A stretch of 64,000 nt of DNA from a virus. The DNA is taken from IMG/VR virus record IMGVR_UViG_3300034375_010007, positions 1-64,000 of that record; one strand, given 5' to 3'. Below, piece by piece: positions 9,226 to 17,758 of the stretch; position 1 is the stretch's first letter, and every line of letters starts with the position of its first letter. A model generated the notes under the pieces. That model did not search any database and had not been told where the DNA came from. It was given only the letters and a program-made list of their open reading frames with translations. The translations under genes and the position numbers were made by a program.

Positions 9226-9513
9226 GTGGAAGATTTCCCATTTGACGAAAAACATTTAATTGAGAACCTCTTTTTAAGAGAGTTCAAAGATACTGTTGAT
9301 GGCGAAGAACTAATCTGGCATCAAGACCGGGAAGATCGGATCATAACTGTATTAGAATCAAATAACTGGAAACTTCAAATGGATAACCAACTACCTATTA
9401 TGTTGGAAACAGGAAAGAAATATTCTATTCCTGCTATGTCTTTTCATCGCGTGATAAAAGGCGATGGCGCTCTAAGGATTATTGTGGAGAAGAAAAATGA
9501 AACTTATTCTTGA
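9226..9513 (+). CDS. Cupin-like small protein
   Basis: WHQDREDR...YSIPAMSFHRVIKG. Likely GTG start directly after the upstream stop. Confidence 0.7.
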   Translation: MEDFPFDEKHLIENLFLREFKDTVDGEELIWHQDREDRIITVLESNNWKLQMDNQLPIMLETGKKYSIPAMSFHRVIKGDGALRIIVEKKNETYS

Positions 9514-9724
9514 AAACTGGCGAAAGCTATTGGAAGGAGACGTAATAAACTTTCCTTCTAAACCAACCGCCTCAGAAGACGACATCAAAAAAGTTATCAG
9601 TCTTGAAGACGACATTGGAAATCTTTTAGCATCCATATACGGCAACCAATCTGAGATCCCCATTGCTGTAATCGAGATAATGGATTCGCTTGTAGATGCC
9701 GTTGAGGAATCTCTCAAAAAATGA
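9497..9724 (+). CDS. Small acidic protein with MKLILENW leader
   Basis: ATG 9497 preceded by GGAG; MKLILENWRKLLE. Confidence 0.75.
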   Translation: MKLILENWRKLLEGDVINFPSKPTASEDDIKKVISLEDDIGNLLASIYGNQSEIPIAVIEIMDSLVDAVEESLKK

Positions 9725-10158
9725 AACTTATTCTTGAAAACTGGAAAAGATTCCTAACAGAGGCAAAAAAGTATATTTGCCCTCCTGCCACACAGGATCT
9801 TGAATTAAACACAAAGAACCGTGACTCTGCCATCAAAGCAGAGCACATCCAGTATGGTCCACTTAATCTTGCGGACGAAGAGTATTATGATAGATTGGCA
9901 GATCATTGGAACACAACCATTGATGTGGCCAAAGAATCCAACTGCGGCAACTGTGCTGCGTTTGATATCTCTCCTAGAATGGATGAATGCATGCCAGGAC
10001 CAGTTGAAGACGAAGAAGGTCGTTTAGGTTACTGCTGGATGCACAGCTTTAAGTGCCACTCCGCGCGTACATGTTATACATGGGCTGCCGGCGGTCCCAT
10101 CGACACAGATGAAACATCCCACGACTGGCAGGATAGAAGCCCTATCGAGGAGAAGTAA
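9721..10158 (+). CDS. Cys-rich (metal/FeS-binding-like) protein with MKLILENW leader
   Basis: CGNCAAF...C...GYC...FKC...RTCYTW. Confidence 0.8.
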   Translation: MKLILENWKRFLTEAKKYICPPATQDLELNTKNRDSAIKAEHIQYGPLNLADEEYYDRLADHWNTTIDVAKESNCGNCAAFDISPRMDECMPGPVEDEEGRLGYCWMHSFKCHSARTCYTWAAGGPIDTDETSHDWQDRSPIEEK

Positions 10159-10826
10159 TGAAACTTCTACTTGAAAACTGGAATAAGTTCCTAAACGAAG
10201 AAAAGAAAGGCGCTTACTCGTTTGATTATGACGAGACCCTTATCAAATACAAGCCAGATCCAGAGGATCCGCAGTTCAGTGTTTTATATGATAAGCCTCA
10301 CGAAGAAAACATTGCAAAACTAAGAGAACTCGCTGCTGCTGGTGAGACTGTTTATATTGTTACTTCCCGATCAAAGCGCACAGGAGACAAGTTTCCTTGG
10401 GATACAGCACCAGACCCAGAGGATTTGGTTGCTGATCTAAATCTTCCAGTCAAGTCTATTCATTACACCAATGGAAACTTGAAGGCTGAGACACTTTTAT
10501 CTCTTGGTGTTATCGAACATTGGGACGATGATGAAGATGAGATTGCGGCAGCACAAGAAGCAGGCATCAAAGCAAATCTTGTTTCGGGGGATGTTGAACT
10601 TCGCGAGACAATGTTGTCTATGTGGGCTTATTGTCTTCACGAAGGTGGTGTTGAAGTTGCTCCAAAGATGAAAAAGTATCTTGACAAGCATCCTTATATG
10701 GAGCCAGACGGTCTTCAAGAGAAATGGTCCGAGAAATATAAAAGATCTATTGACTGTAATAATCCCAAAGGTTTCTCACAGAAAGCACATTGTGCAGGAC
10801 GAAAGAAAAGAAAAAAGACTAATTAA
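10158..10826 (+). CDS. HAD-family phosphatase domain with MKLLLENW leader and basic C-terminal module
   Basis: FDYDETL (DxDxT), VTSR, K, WDDD; tail EKWSEKYKRSIDCNNPKGFSQKAHC. Confidence 0.75.
   Translation: MKLLLENWNKFLNEEKKGAYSFDYDETLIKYKPDPEDPQFSVLYDKPHEENIAKLRELAAAGETVYIVTSRSKRTGDKFPWDTAPDPEDLVADLNLPVKSIHYTNGNLKAETLLSLGVIEHWDDDEDEIAAAQEAGIKANLVSGDVELRETMLSMWAYCLHEGGVEVAPKMKKYLDKHPYMEPDGLQEKWSEKYKRSIDCNNPKGFSQKAHCAGRKKRKKTN
10818..10825 (+). promoter_or_regulatory. ACTANTTA motif (ACTAATTA)
   Basis: Ends 4 nt before ATG 10830 and overlaps the upstream stop. Confidence 0.35.
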
Positions 10827-10829
10827 AAT

Positions 10830-11294
10830 ATGATCCGTAAGAAGGGCGACGAGTATTGTCTTTATTCCAAGAAAAAAGGAAAAGACGGTAAAAGAAAGAA
10901 TCTCGGTTGTTATTCGTCAAGAGCGGGCGCAGAAAAAAGAGAGCGTGAAGTTCAATATTTCAAGCATATGGGAGAATCTGAAATGTCTTTGTTAGATACA
11001 ATCCGAGAAATGGTGAAAGAAGAGTTGGAAGAAGCAATGGGAAAGAAGTCCCGAGCAACAAAACAACCACCAGATGCCACCAAGGCCGAAAAGAAGGCTG
11101 CTAACAAAAGAGTTAGAAAAGCCGGCAAGAAGGAAGCAGAAGAGCAGTCTTTGGACGAAAAAGAAATGACGAAGCCAGAGATTGAAAAAAGAGACGACAT
11201 CTATAAGGCTCTAGACAAAGAAGATATTGTTGATCGCTATGGAAAAGATATTCGTGGCGCTATCGCTACCTCCAAAGCGATGAAGGGCAAATAA
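10830..11294 (+). CDS. Basic multi-module hypothetical protein
   Basis: IRKKGDEYCLYSKK...NLGCYSSRAGA; internal IREMVKEELEE. Confidence 0.75.
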   Translation: MIRKKGDEYCLYSKKKGKDGKRKNLGCYSSRAGAEKREREVQYFKHMGESEMSLLDTIREMVKEELEEAMGKKSRATKQPPDATKAEKKAANKRVRKAGKKEAEEQSLDEKEMTKPEIEKRDDIYKALDKEDIVDRYGKDIRGAIATSKAMKGK

Positions 11295-11295
11295 A

Positions 11296-11853
11296 ATGAA
11301 TATTGATTACAAACAACTTGAAGCTCTCGTTAGAGAAGCAATGTTTACAGGCGGCGGCATCAACGAACCTTCTGCTCCCGAAGGTGTTCCGCATCGAATG
11401 CCAGCTGCGGATACAGATACTCCTGAGCAGGATAAGGGCGATCCAGAAGCAAACCATTTATATGATGTTGCTCTCGCAGCCAGAGAGGCCGCTGAGAAGC
11501 TCGTAGAGGCTCTTGACGCGCCAATCTATGACGATGCCTACGAGCACGCCTTCAAAGCGTCTGCGTGCCTTAGAAAGGCTCTGAACAGCCTTGAAGGTTC
11601 TGGCGCACATCCAATGCCTGATCAGCGTGTTGTAGCTCCGGACAAAGAGCAGCAGCCTTACGGAATGGGTGGTGGAATGGATTACAGCGGAGCAGCGTAC
11701 CCGGATGTTGGTATTGGCGTTGGTTTAGAAGAGCAAGTCGCGGCTGAGATGTCTTCGAATGTAAAAAGCGCAGTTGAAGCCGTAGACAGATTAACCGACG
11801 AAGAGAAAAGACAGTTCACAGCTTACATGCTTGGATTGGCACAAGAGGATTAA
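11296..11853 (+). CDS. Hypothetical protein (leader QLEALVRE)
   Basis: 185 aa ORF in a tight operon. Confidence 0.75.
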   Translation: MNIDYKQLEALVREAMFTGGGINEPSAPEGVPHRMPAADTDTPEQDKGDPEANHLYDVALAAREAAEKLVEALDAPIYDDAYEHAFKASACLRKALNSLEGSGAHPMPDQRVVAPDKEQQPYGMGGGMDYSGAAYPDVGIGVGLEEQVAAEMSSNVKSAVEAVDRLTDEEKRQFTAYMLGLAQED

Positions 11854-11856
11854 AAA

Positions 11857-12183
11857 ATGAAGATTTCAAAAAAAGAACTTAAAAGATTGATTACCGAGGA
11901 ACTAACCAATACTTCTTCTGTTCTGCTAGAGATGCCGCAGATGAATATGTTGGACCCAGCCTCCAACAACTACGAGAAGGACCCTGATGGCTATGAAGGC
12001 GAAATGGCAAAGAGATCTCTTTATCATATGGCTGCTCAAGCTCAGCAGCTTCACGATATGCTTCATGATGATGAAAACCTTGAGCCTTGGGTTGCGGCCA
12101 AAATCACAAAAGCAGCCGACTATCTTGAAAAAGCATTTAAAGCTATCTCATATGAAAAAGGCCCAGGTAGAGGAAAGATGTAA
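11857..12183 (+). CDS. Hypothetical protein (leader MKISKKELKRLITEE)
   Basis: EGEMAKRSL...LEPWVAAKITKAADYL module; GAGG SD. Confidence 0.75.
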   Translation: MKISKKELKRLITEELTNTSSVLLEMPQMNMLDPASNNYEKDPDGYEGEMAKRSLYHMAAQAQQLHDMLHDDENLEPWVAAKITKAADYLEKAFKAISYEKGPGRGKM

Positions 12184-12377
12184 TGAGTTGGGATTGGGCA
12201 CACCTTAAAGTTGAAAGTTGGTGGACACACACAAAGCGCGCTTCCAAACTTTCTGGATTATTGTTGTTGTCTGGTTTGGCTATGTTGTTGCATATGATTA
12301 TTCCTTTCTGGCAGCAGCCAAAATGGCTACAAGCTCAGGCCATCAAAGATGGTCTGGAAAAGTCTATAAGAAAGTAA
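12183..12377 (+). CDS. Small membrane protein
   Basis: HL...H...A + TM + H.IIPF; translationally coupled. Confidence 0.6.
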   Translation: MSWDWAHLKVESWWTHTKRASKLSGLLLLSGLAMLLHMIIPFWQQPKWLQAQAIKDGLEKSIRK

Positions 12378-12698
12378 ATGCTACGACGAATAGTTCGATT
12401 AGTTTATTTTCTGGCTGTTCTAATCGTTATTGACCTCACGGCAACTTTATTTTGGGTAAAAAGAGGCTTAGCCACCGAAGCAAACCCAATAATGGATTTC
12501 TTTTTACAACATTCTCCAATGTTGTTTGTTCTCGCAAAGTTAGGTTTAAGCGGTGTGGGAATATACATTCTTTATCATTTCAGAAAAAGATTTAAGCGCA
12601 GAGTTTTTTACATTCTTTTGATTTTGAACTTAATATATCTATGTGTTTTTAGTTATCATTTATGGGCTGCTCTTTTTCTTCTTTTTTCAACTATTTAG
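12378..12698 (+). CDS. Membrane protein (DUF5658-like)
   Basis: D..T...G..EANP motif; three hydrophobic helices. Confidence 0.65.
   Translation: MLRRIVRLVYFLAVLIVIDLTATLFWVKRGLATEANPIMDFFLQHSPMLFVLAKLGLSGVGIYILYHFRKRFKRRVFYILLILNLIYLCVFSYHLWAALFLLFSTI
12690..12697 (+). promoter_or_regulatory. ACTANTTA motif (ACTATTTA)
   Basis: 7 nt before ATG 12705; no SD. Confidence 0.5.
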
Positions 12699-12704
12699 TG
12701 AATA

Positions 12705-13460
12705 ATGCATAAGTGCGTCAACAATACTGTTGGTAACGTTTATCATCTTGAACAGATGGTTGATAACTTTTTTCCTTATTCTCAAAAGCAACTAGGCTTT
12801 GATAAGGGAGCAACGATTGTTTTCCAAAGTGATGAAGACAATGCTGGAAGGATGCTAGGTAAAACTGCTTACTATGATCCCGAGAACTTTCAGGTTGTTC
12901 TTTACACAGACGGTAGGCACCCAAAAGATATCTTAAGGTCTTTATCTCACGAGTTAGTGCATCACGCGCAGAACTGTCGAGGAGATTTTACAAGAGATAA
13001 CCCTACTTATGAAGGATATGCCCAGAAAGATCCGCACCTTAGAGAAATGGAGCGAGAAGCATACGAAAAAGGAAATTTAATATTTAGGGACTTTGAAGAC
13101 CTAATTAAAACAGGAAAAATTGATGTGGAGATTGATTTTTCAGAAACAGGAGAACCAAAAATGTCACTTAAAGAGTGGAAAAACAACGAGATCAACACAA
13201 AGTTGATGAAAAAGTGGGGACTTCTTAGTGAAGCCGCCAAGCCAGACTTCCTTGATTTAGACAAGGATGGCGACAAAGAAGAGCCAATGAAGGACGCCGC
13301 TAAGGACGCCAAGGAAAAGGATCTTGATGAGGCACAGCTATCCGAGGAAGAGATCGAGGAAACTGTTGAGGAAACAACAGCACCAAAGATGATCTCTGTC
13401 CACGAGGCAAAGCAAATCACCCGCAGAATCTTAGAAAGAGTTAGAAAGGAGTCTAAGTAA
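12705..13460 (+). CDS. Zincin-like metallopeptidase domain plus EF-hand-like module
   Basis: SHELVHHAQ (HExxH) ... EREAY; KPDFLDLDKDGDKEEPM. Confidence 0.75.
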   Translation: MHKCVNNTVGNVYHLEQMVDNFFPYSQKQLGFDKGATIVFQSDEDNAGRMLGKTAYYDPENFQVVLYTDGRHPKDILRSLSHELVHHAQNCRGDFTRDNPTYEGYAQKDPHLREMEREAYEKGNLIFRDFEDLIKTGKIDVEIDFSETGEPKMSLKEWKNNEINTKLMKKWGLLSEAAKPDFLDLDKDGDKEEPMKDAAKDAKEKDLDEAQLSEEEIEETVEETTAPKMISVHEAKQITRRILERVRKESK

Positions 13461-13461
13461 A

Positions 13462-13812
13462 ATGGTAGCACCACACGTAAAAAGAAAGAGACTTGCCCGT
13501 GCAGCAGCGGCAGCAGCTAAAAAGGCTGCAGAGGCAGCAAAGAAAGCAGCCGCAGAGGCAGCAAAGGCCGCACCAGCACCAGTTGTTGAGCCAGAGCCGG
13601 CACCTGTTGTAGAAGAGGTTGTTGAGGAAGTCGTAGAAGAAGTTGTAGAAGAGGTAGTTGAAGAGCCCGCTGCAGCTGAGGAAGTTGCTGAGGAACCAGC
13701 ACAAGACCTTGGTTCACTTCGTAAGTGGGAACTTGTTGAGCTTGCAGAAGCTGCAGGGCACGACGTTGCAGGTCTTACAAAAAGAGAACTTGTAGAGCTT
13801 CTAAGTCAGTAA
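13462..13812 (+). CDS. Low-complexity protein with C-terminal Rho-N/HeH-like domain
   Basis: Ala/Lys-rich stretch, (VVEE)5, LRKWELVELAE...LTKRELVELL. Confidence 0.7.
   Translation: MVAPHVKRKRLARAAAAAAKKAAEAAKKAAAEAAKAAPAPVVEPEPAPVVEEVVEEVVEEVVEEVVEEPAAAEEVAEEPAQDLGSLRKWELVELAEAAGHDVAGLTKRELVELLSQ
13606..13665 (+). repeat. Degenerate 12-bp tandem repeat encoding (VVEE)x5
   Basis: GTTGTAGAAGAG GTTGTTGAGGAA GTCGTAGAAGAA GTTGTAGAAGAG GTAGTTGAAGAG. Confidence 0.8.
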
Positions 13813-13813
13813 C

Positions 13814-14062
13814 ATGGACTTTCGTCGTTTAACACGCCAGTTCATTCAGAACGAAGGCAAAGGACCTAGTGTATCTAGCTATCTTCAGTCTATCTCTGAG
13901 GTTCTCCAGAACATCTCTCCACGATCTCGTACAGACGAACGTAGAATTGAGATGGCTAGACAAAGCTTGAAAGAAGTTAGACGACATATGCGACGACTTC
14001 AAGAGCGTGTTAGCGTTCTTGAAGAACAGGTTTCAATATTAGAAGAAAATAAGGAGAAGTGA
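13814..14062 (+). CDS. Coiled-coil hypothetical protein
   Basis: 82 aa; MDFRRLTRQFIQNE N-terminus. Confidence 0.7.
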   Translation: MDFRRLTRQFIQNEGKGPSVSSYLQSISEVLQNISPRSRTDERRIEMARQSLKEVRRHMRRLQERVSVLEEQVSILEENKEK

Positions 14063-14069
14063 AAGCACA

Positions 14070-16229
14070 ATGTCTCTTCTGGATGAAGGCAAAGCAAACA
14101 CTCACTTAACTCACCTTGAAGAACTTGTTCTAACACAAGGTCCAAAAGGTTATGATATGGCTCGGGCTTTTTTGCTTGAGTTATTGGAAGAGTTAAAGGG
14201 TAATGTTGATTCAAAAGTAAAGACCTCCGTTAAATGGGACGGAGCGCCTGCTATTTTTGCTGGTATCAATCCAGAGAATGGCAAGTTCTTTGTTGGCACA
14301 AAATCTATCTTCAACAAAGTACCAAAGATAAACTACACCCCCGAAGATGTTCAGAGAAATCACGGACACGCTCCGGGTTTGGTTGATAAACTTACAAAAG
14401 CACTTCAATACTTGCCTCCCCTAGGAATTCAAAAGATCCTTCAGGGAGACTTTATGTTTGATGACGAAATGATTAGCACCATCGATGTTGATGGCGAACC
14501 TCATTATGCTTTCAAGCCAAATACAATTACTTATGCTGCACCAGTTAATTCCAAACTTGGACAAGAGATCGCTGAATCAAAGTTCGGTATTGTATTCCAC
14601 ACAACTTATGATAGTTTGGATAGTGGCGCTTCTTTCGGCGCTGATGTAAGCGGTCTAAATAAGGTTCCCGGCGTATGGGTTGATGATGCTTACTTCACAG
14701 ATGATACAGGAACTGTTACTTTAACTGAAGATGAAGAGACGAAGGTTAAAGAGTTAGTTGCGGCTGCAGATCAGATCAACGAAAAGATCGATTATGACGA
14801 CCTTCCAATGGACCTTCTAAACATTTACATCAACTCTGAAATCAAAGGTGGTCAGTTCCTTGAAGATCCCGAGAAATCTTACTTGGGCTTCAAGCGTTGG
14901 TATTCAGGTCGTTTGGAGAAAAGAATTGATAAACTAAAATCTGAAAAGGGAAAGATGCGAGCAACCGAAAAAGGTCAAGAAATGCTTGCAGCCTTTGACG
15001 ATAAACAAGAAGATATTCTAAATCTTTTCAGAGTTTCCCGACTTCTATTTGAAGCAAAAAACATCTTTATCAGCAAATACAACAACGCTGTATATAACAC
15101 AAAACACTTTATTGATGATGGTTCAGGCGATTTGGTCGCAAGCAACCCAGAAGGTTATGTTGCGGTTGACCACATCGGTAACGGCGTCAAGTTTGTTGAT
15201 CGTTTAGAGTTCAGCAAAGCTAACTTTGCTGTAGATAAGGGCGCCAAGTTTCAGCAAACTGAAAGTCTTACAGTATACTGGGGATCTGATGGCTTCTCTG
15301 TAACAAAGACGCTGCTAGAGTGGTCTCGCAACCTTCCTTTTGTTGAGAATAAAAATCAAGAGCTTTACGAAAACCTTCTTGGTGGTGCTCCAATCACTTC
15401 CTTAGTTCGTGAAGCAAGTAAGGTAAAGGTTGCTTTGGCCGAAGCAGTCAACTGGGCTTTGAACGAGCAAGATGAAAAAAGAGTTATCGCTATTTACCCC
15501 GGACGGTTCCAGCCAATGGGTCGCCACCACTATGCAACTTACAAAGCACTTGCTGATCAATTTGGTCCCGAGAATACTTTCATCGCAACTTCAAACAAAA
15601 TGGGACCAAAGTCTCCTCTAGACTTCGAAGAGAAGAAAAAGATTATGGTTGCCCACGGTGTTCCAGCCGATAAGATTGTAATGACCAGAAATCCTTATCA
15701 GGCTCTTGAGATAACCAAAGACTTTGATCCAGACGCAACTTCTGTTGTATTTGCTGTTGGCGGCAAGGATATGCGTGAGAGCCCCAGATTTGCGAATCTA
15801 GACGGTTTCACAAAGAAAGGCACTCCTGCTTACTACAAAACTTATAAGCCAGGAGAAGAGCTTGTAGGGCTTGGTAAGCACGGCTACATCACAGTCGCCC
15901 CTCACGTTGAGATAGATGTTCCTGGGTTCGGTGAAATGTCGGGCACAACTTTAAGACAAGCTCTCAAAGGCGCAACCCCAGAAGACTTTGAAGCCATTAT
16001 GGGATTTTATAATCAAGAGATTTATGATATACTTCAAGGGAAACTTGAAGAGATGTCCGCTATGGGTGGTGGTGCCGTTGCTGGTTACTCTATGCCACTT
16101 GGAATGCGAGCCCCTGATGTTGTAGGCTCCGAGAAGAAAAAGAAGAGACATCCCAAGAACTTCATTAAAGAAGAACAAGAGATTGTTACTGAGGTAATGG
16201 ACTATTTATTAGGAATATCGGTGGGCTAA
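14070..16229 (+). CDS. Fusion: ligase-like nucleotidyltransferase (DUF6267-like) plus cytidylyltransferase/NMNAT-like domain
   Basis: VKWDGAP (KxDG), LQGDFMF, PEGYV, VKFVDR. C-terminal AIYPGRFQPMGRHH ... MSGTTLR. Confidence 0.7.
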   Translation: MSLLDEGKANTHLTHLEELVLTQGPKGYDMARAFLLELLEELKGNVDSKVKTSVKWDGAPAIFAGINPENGKFFVGTKSIFNKVPKINYTPEDVQRNHGHAPGLVDKLTKALQYLPPLGIQKILQGDFMFDDEMISTIDVDGEPHYAFKPNTITYAAPVNSKLGQEIAESKFGIVFHTTYDSLDSGASFGADVSGLNKVPGVWVDDAYFTDDTGTVTLTEDEETKVKELVAAADQINEKIDYDDLPMDLLNIYINSEIKGGQFLEDPEKSYLGFKRWYSGRLEKRIDKLKSEKGKMRATEKGQEMLAAFDDKQEDILNLFRVSRLLFEAKNIFISKYNNAVYNTKHFIDDGSGDLVASNPEGYVAVDHIGNGVKFVDRLEFSKANFAVDKGAKFQQTESLTVYWGSDGFSVTKTLLEWSRNLPFVENKNQELYENLLGGAPITSLVREASKVKVALAEAVNWALNEQDEKRVIAIYPGRFQPMGRHHYATYKALADQFGPENTFIATSNKMGPKSPLDFEEKKKIMVAHGVPADKIVMTRNPYQALEITKDFDPDATSVVFAVGGKDMRESPRFANLDGFTKKGTPAYYKTYKPGEELVGLGKHGYITVAPHVEIDVPGFGEMSGTTLRQALKGATPEDFEAIMGFYNQEIYDILQGKLEEMSAMGGGAVAGYSMPLGMRAPDVVGSEKKKKRHPKNFIKEEQEIVTEVMDYLLGISVG
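16201..16208 (+). promoter_or_regulatory. ACTANTTA motif (ACTATTTA)
   Basis: In the last codons of the upstream CDS, 23 nt before ATG 16232. Confidence 0.4.
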
Positions 16230-16231
16230 CA

Positions 16232-17068
16232 ATGATTGATCGTAAAGAATTTGCTGAAGAGTTAATGCTCCGTGAGAATGTGCGCAAAGCAATTCGCCAC
16301 GTTTTGAATAAAAGAGAAACAAAAAGATTGAATGAAGAAAAGGAACTTCGTTCTATTGTTCGTTCTCTGTTAGCTGAGAAGAGTAATGTCGCGACTGTTG
16401 CTAAACACGAAAGCACTGGTATCAACACTCTAGAGGATCTTCTTAAGAATTCTAACTTGTTATCCGTTTTAGAGACTGGATACAAGTCTCTTACCACTGA
16501 TAAGCAACAGAGAGATTCATACAGAGCACACATTCTCAATGCTGTTGATAAATCACTTGCCCCAGAAGAGTCCCGCAAAGAAGCTGGCGCGGATGGAGAA
16601 CTTGAAGCAGTAGAAGAGGAAATTGATATCACCATCTCTGATAAGCCAGAAGATGATCCGGCATTTATCGATATTGAAGATAAAGAAGAAGAGCCAACTG
16701 AAGAGCCAGACGAGCGAGAAGATTTTGGCATTGAGGGTGAAGACAAGACCGGTCGTAACAGAGCATACGACGATTTCCAAAACATTGAGAAAAACATTCT
16801 TGTAGCATACGATAACCTTGATAATCCCAAGGATATTGATATGTTTGAAGAGTATCTTCTGAAAAATCTTGCTTTGTACTTTGATAAGTTCGAGGGTGAG
16901 TTATCTACAACTCCGGAAGAACCCCAAGCAGCCCAAGACGCACAGGCTGATGAGCCTGCTGCAGCACCTGAAGAAGGCGAACCTGACACTGACATTCCTG
17001 ACTTTGAGTTGGAAGAAGGAATGGAAATCAATCTTGAAAGCCTTATTGATAAACTATTAGAACAGTAA
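16232..17068 (+). CDS. Acidic hypothetical protein (possible head-associated)
   Basis: 278 aa, very Glu/Asp-rich; LRSIVRSLLAE helix. Confidence 0.75.
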   Translation: MIDRKEFAEELMLRENVRKAIRHVLNKRETKRLNEEKELRSIVRSLLAEKSNVATVAKHESTGINTLEDLLKNSNLLSVLETGYKSLTTDKQQRDSYRAHILNAVDKSLAPEESRKEAGADGELEAVEEEIDITISDKPEDDPAFIDIEDKEEEPTEEPDEREDFGIEGEDKTGRNRAYDDFQNIEKNILVAYDNLDNPKDIDMFEEYLLKNLALYFDKFEGELSTTPEEPQAAQDAQADEPAAAPEEGEPDTDIPDFELEEGMEINLESLIDKLLEQ

Positions 17069-17071
17069 AAT

Positions 17072-17410
17072 ATGACAAACCCTAACATAGAAAAGGGTTT
17101 TAGTAGAAACAAATCACTATCAAATACATTACGCAAAGAAGGCAAGTCTTCTGAAGCGTTTGAAATAATGTTATCTGCTTTAACTCTTGAAGAAGTTATA
17201 GGACTAAAGTTAGAATGCTCTATGAAACTTACAAATGGTAAGCTGTATGGTTTCAATCTTTGGTCAAAAATAGTTGATATTTCTAAAGAAGCACTGTATA
17301 ATGCAGTTATTAGTGTTACTGACACTAATGCAGAGATAAGAAGAATATTGGGCGTTAACCCAAGTTCGTGGGTAGATATAAAGAGAAAGTTCGACATAGA
17401 CAGAGAATAA
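17072..17410 (+). CDS. Hypothetical protein, possible C-terminal Fis-like HTH
   Basis: NAEIRRILGVNPSSW pattern. Confidence 0.65.
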   Translation: MTNPNIEKGFSRNKSLSNTLRKEGKSSEAFEIMLSALTLEEVIGLKLECSMKLTNGKLYGFNLWSKIVDISKEALYNAVISVTDTNAEIRRILGVNPSSWVDIKRKFDIDRE

Positions 17411-17444
17411 AGAATTTTTCTGATCTTGTCAACAACAAAATAAG

Positions 17445-17758
17445 GGGGGTGACAGGTTTCGACAGGGTAAGGAAGATGGATAGTGCAGGTTGTGACAGCT
17501 AACTCAATCACATAAATCTTTAGTTAGAAACATATAACTGCAAACGACGCAAATTACGGTTTAGCACTAGCTGCTTAATCCCCGGTTGTTCTTCACCGGG
17601 TGTCCAAGAAGAACAAACAAAAACAAAACGCTTTTGCTTTTTTGAGCGTATCGAATCAAATTTGATACTTTGTTTATTTAGAGAAATAAACTAAACCTGT
17701 GAATGACTTGAAGTTGGATATACTTTGGACGCGCGTTCGAATCGCGCCACCTCCACCA
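17445..17758 (+). ncRNA. ssrA: tmRNA; tag reading frame 17540-17578 encodes (A)ANDANYGLALAA*
   Basis: 5' GGGGGTGACAGGTTTCGAC pairs with 3' CACCTCC-ACCA and includes G3:U70. T-arm GCGCG-TTCGAAT-CGCGC. ATAACT precedes resume codon GCA; tag ends in LAA. Confidence 0.95.

Larger units (their letters stand above)
9497..10181 (+). repeat. Dispersed 24-bp leader repeat ATGAAACTT(ATT/CTA)CTTGAAAACTGG
   Basis: Identical at 9497-9520 and 9721-9744; variant at 10158-10181. Each copy is at a gene start. Confidence 0.85.

Noticed and set aside
16186-17511. 441-aa minus-strand ORF
   Set aside because: Antisense shadow of two + strand genes and the tmRNA 5' end; Ser-rich with no motifs.
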